Positions 63,001-64,000 of a DNA stretch of 64,000 nucleotides are shown here, piece after piece. The position numbers and the translations under genes were made by a program. The stretch comes from Camelus ferus (Eukaryota), in NCBI RefSeq assembly GCF_009834535.1, contig NC_045697.1, positions 47,494,001 through 47,558,000 of the forward strand. Reading direction: 5' to 3'. The notes under the pieces are model-generated. The model saw nothing but the letters and a program-made list of their open reading frames with translations, was not told the origin of the DNA and made no database searches. The number at the start of each line of letters is the position of its first letter. The stretch's first letter is position 1.

Positions 63001-64000
63001 AGTGTAATCTCAGTATCAGCTGGACCCTCTGCTGGACGTAGAGCTGAAGACTGACCCCTAGGCTAGTCCCTTGGTTGGGGTGACAGGTTGGTGCCCTGTC
63101 CTGACAACTCAGAGTCTTGTGTAGTTTACTCCCCAAGCTTCTGTCTGCCTCTGTGTTCTTGAATTCTTCTACGAAGTCTTTCATTCCCAAAGCATAACTC
63201 ACCTCCTTCACTGACTCCCGAAAGAAACAGATTCATGTTGAGCATTTTGAAATGTTAAAAGACTATGTGGGGGATTTGGAGGGAGGCAGGAGTGCCACGC
63301 TAAGGAGCAGGGGCTTCCATCATTTCTGTTTGAACACTTCCTCTCTGATTGAAGCCCTTAGCTCTCTCCAGGGCAACCCTCAAATGACTACGTCTTACAC
63401 ACACCAAATCCCTTGGGTTCTCAGCTTCCACCTTCAGAGGAGTGTGGGTGAGGAGCCTTTTCTCCATCCTGCGATATTCAGACCACAGAGGTATCAGTCC
63501 TATTGCAGTCATGTTGGCGTGACCATGTCTGGAGTACCTGGTGCAGTTCTCTGAGGTCAGTGACCCCAAGGAAAGTGCCAAGAGGACAGTGAAGAAGGTG
63601 GCGAGTGGACCAGAAGGCAGTGAGGGTATGGGGGATGATCTTTAGCCATCATTCACTGAGGAGGAAGGGACCTCATAGCTTATGAAGTCCATGCTCCCTC
63701 CTCAATAGGCTTGTTTTTTACAGTCCCTCTGAGAGACGGTTCTCCATTTCTGCTTAAAATACTCCACTGACTCCAGTCCTGCCTGGAGCAGAGATGTCCG
63801 AGTGGGAGAGACATGCTTATTTCAAACCTTTGAAGGTAATGTGAATGAGGGAGGGGACATGCTATCCTGCTCCAGAGGGAAGTGCTAGGCTGATGAGAAA
63901 GAACCATTGAACAGCTGGCATCCCCACCCTCGGCCTGGCTTCCTTCCTCAGCTGCAGAAGCCTGGAGGGTGAGACGGAACCTCTGCGCTGGCGCCCCGGG

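Larger units (their letters stand above)
1..64000 (-). other. FRAS1: Internal portion of the FRAS1 transcription unit (16 coding exons plus introns; both gene ends lie outside the window)
   Basis: Sixteen AG/GT-bounded segments join into one open frame whose translation matches my recollection of mammalian FRAS1 (furin-like Cys repeats followed by CSPG repeats, e.g. FTQQDINEGIVWYRH and FTQEDINQGKIMYRPP). Confidence 0.98.

Noticed and set aside
1..64000. Prokaryote-style novel system (operon, CRISPR array, defence island) or a foreign insert
   Set aside because: The window is spliced mammalian gene sequence with ordinary repeats. I saw no regularly spaced repeat-spacer array, no long unexplained ORF and no compositional break suggesting foreign DNA.

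Overview
Mammalian genomic DNA, most likely camelid (a tRNA-Ala-derived SINE of Vic-1 type and a young L1 are present; no Alu, B1, Bov-tA, PRE-1 or Can-SINE was recognised). The whole window lies inside FRAS1 (Fraser extracellular matrix complex subunit 1), transcribed on the minus strand. I traced 16 consecutive coding exons from 60869 down to 3140, totalling 2495 nt. All are bounded by AG/GT, their phases join, and the frame has no stop. They encode the last four furin-like cysteine-rich repeats and roughly the first five to six CSPG/NG2 repeats. By recollection these are about human exons 23-38; that numbering is unverified. The introns hold L1, L2, L3/CR1, MIR, a near-full-length Tigger1, a Tigger1 deletion derivative, mariner (MARNA-like) and hAT (MER5-like) relics, an MLT1 LTR and microsatellites. 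I found no evidence for a new multi-gene system. The observations worth following up are splicing-related (a TG-repeat acceptor, a 33-nt microexon, junctions that regenerate donors, a candidate alternative terminal exon, an inverted L1 pair) or concern transposon history (a young sense-oriented L1, concerted TIR changes, nested insertions). Exon boundaries were indexed base by base. Repeat boundaries and subfamily names are by-eye estimates.
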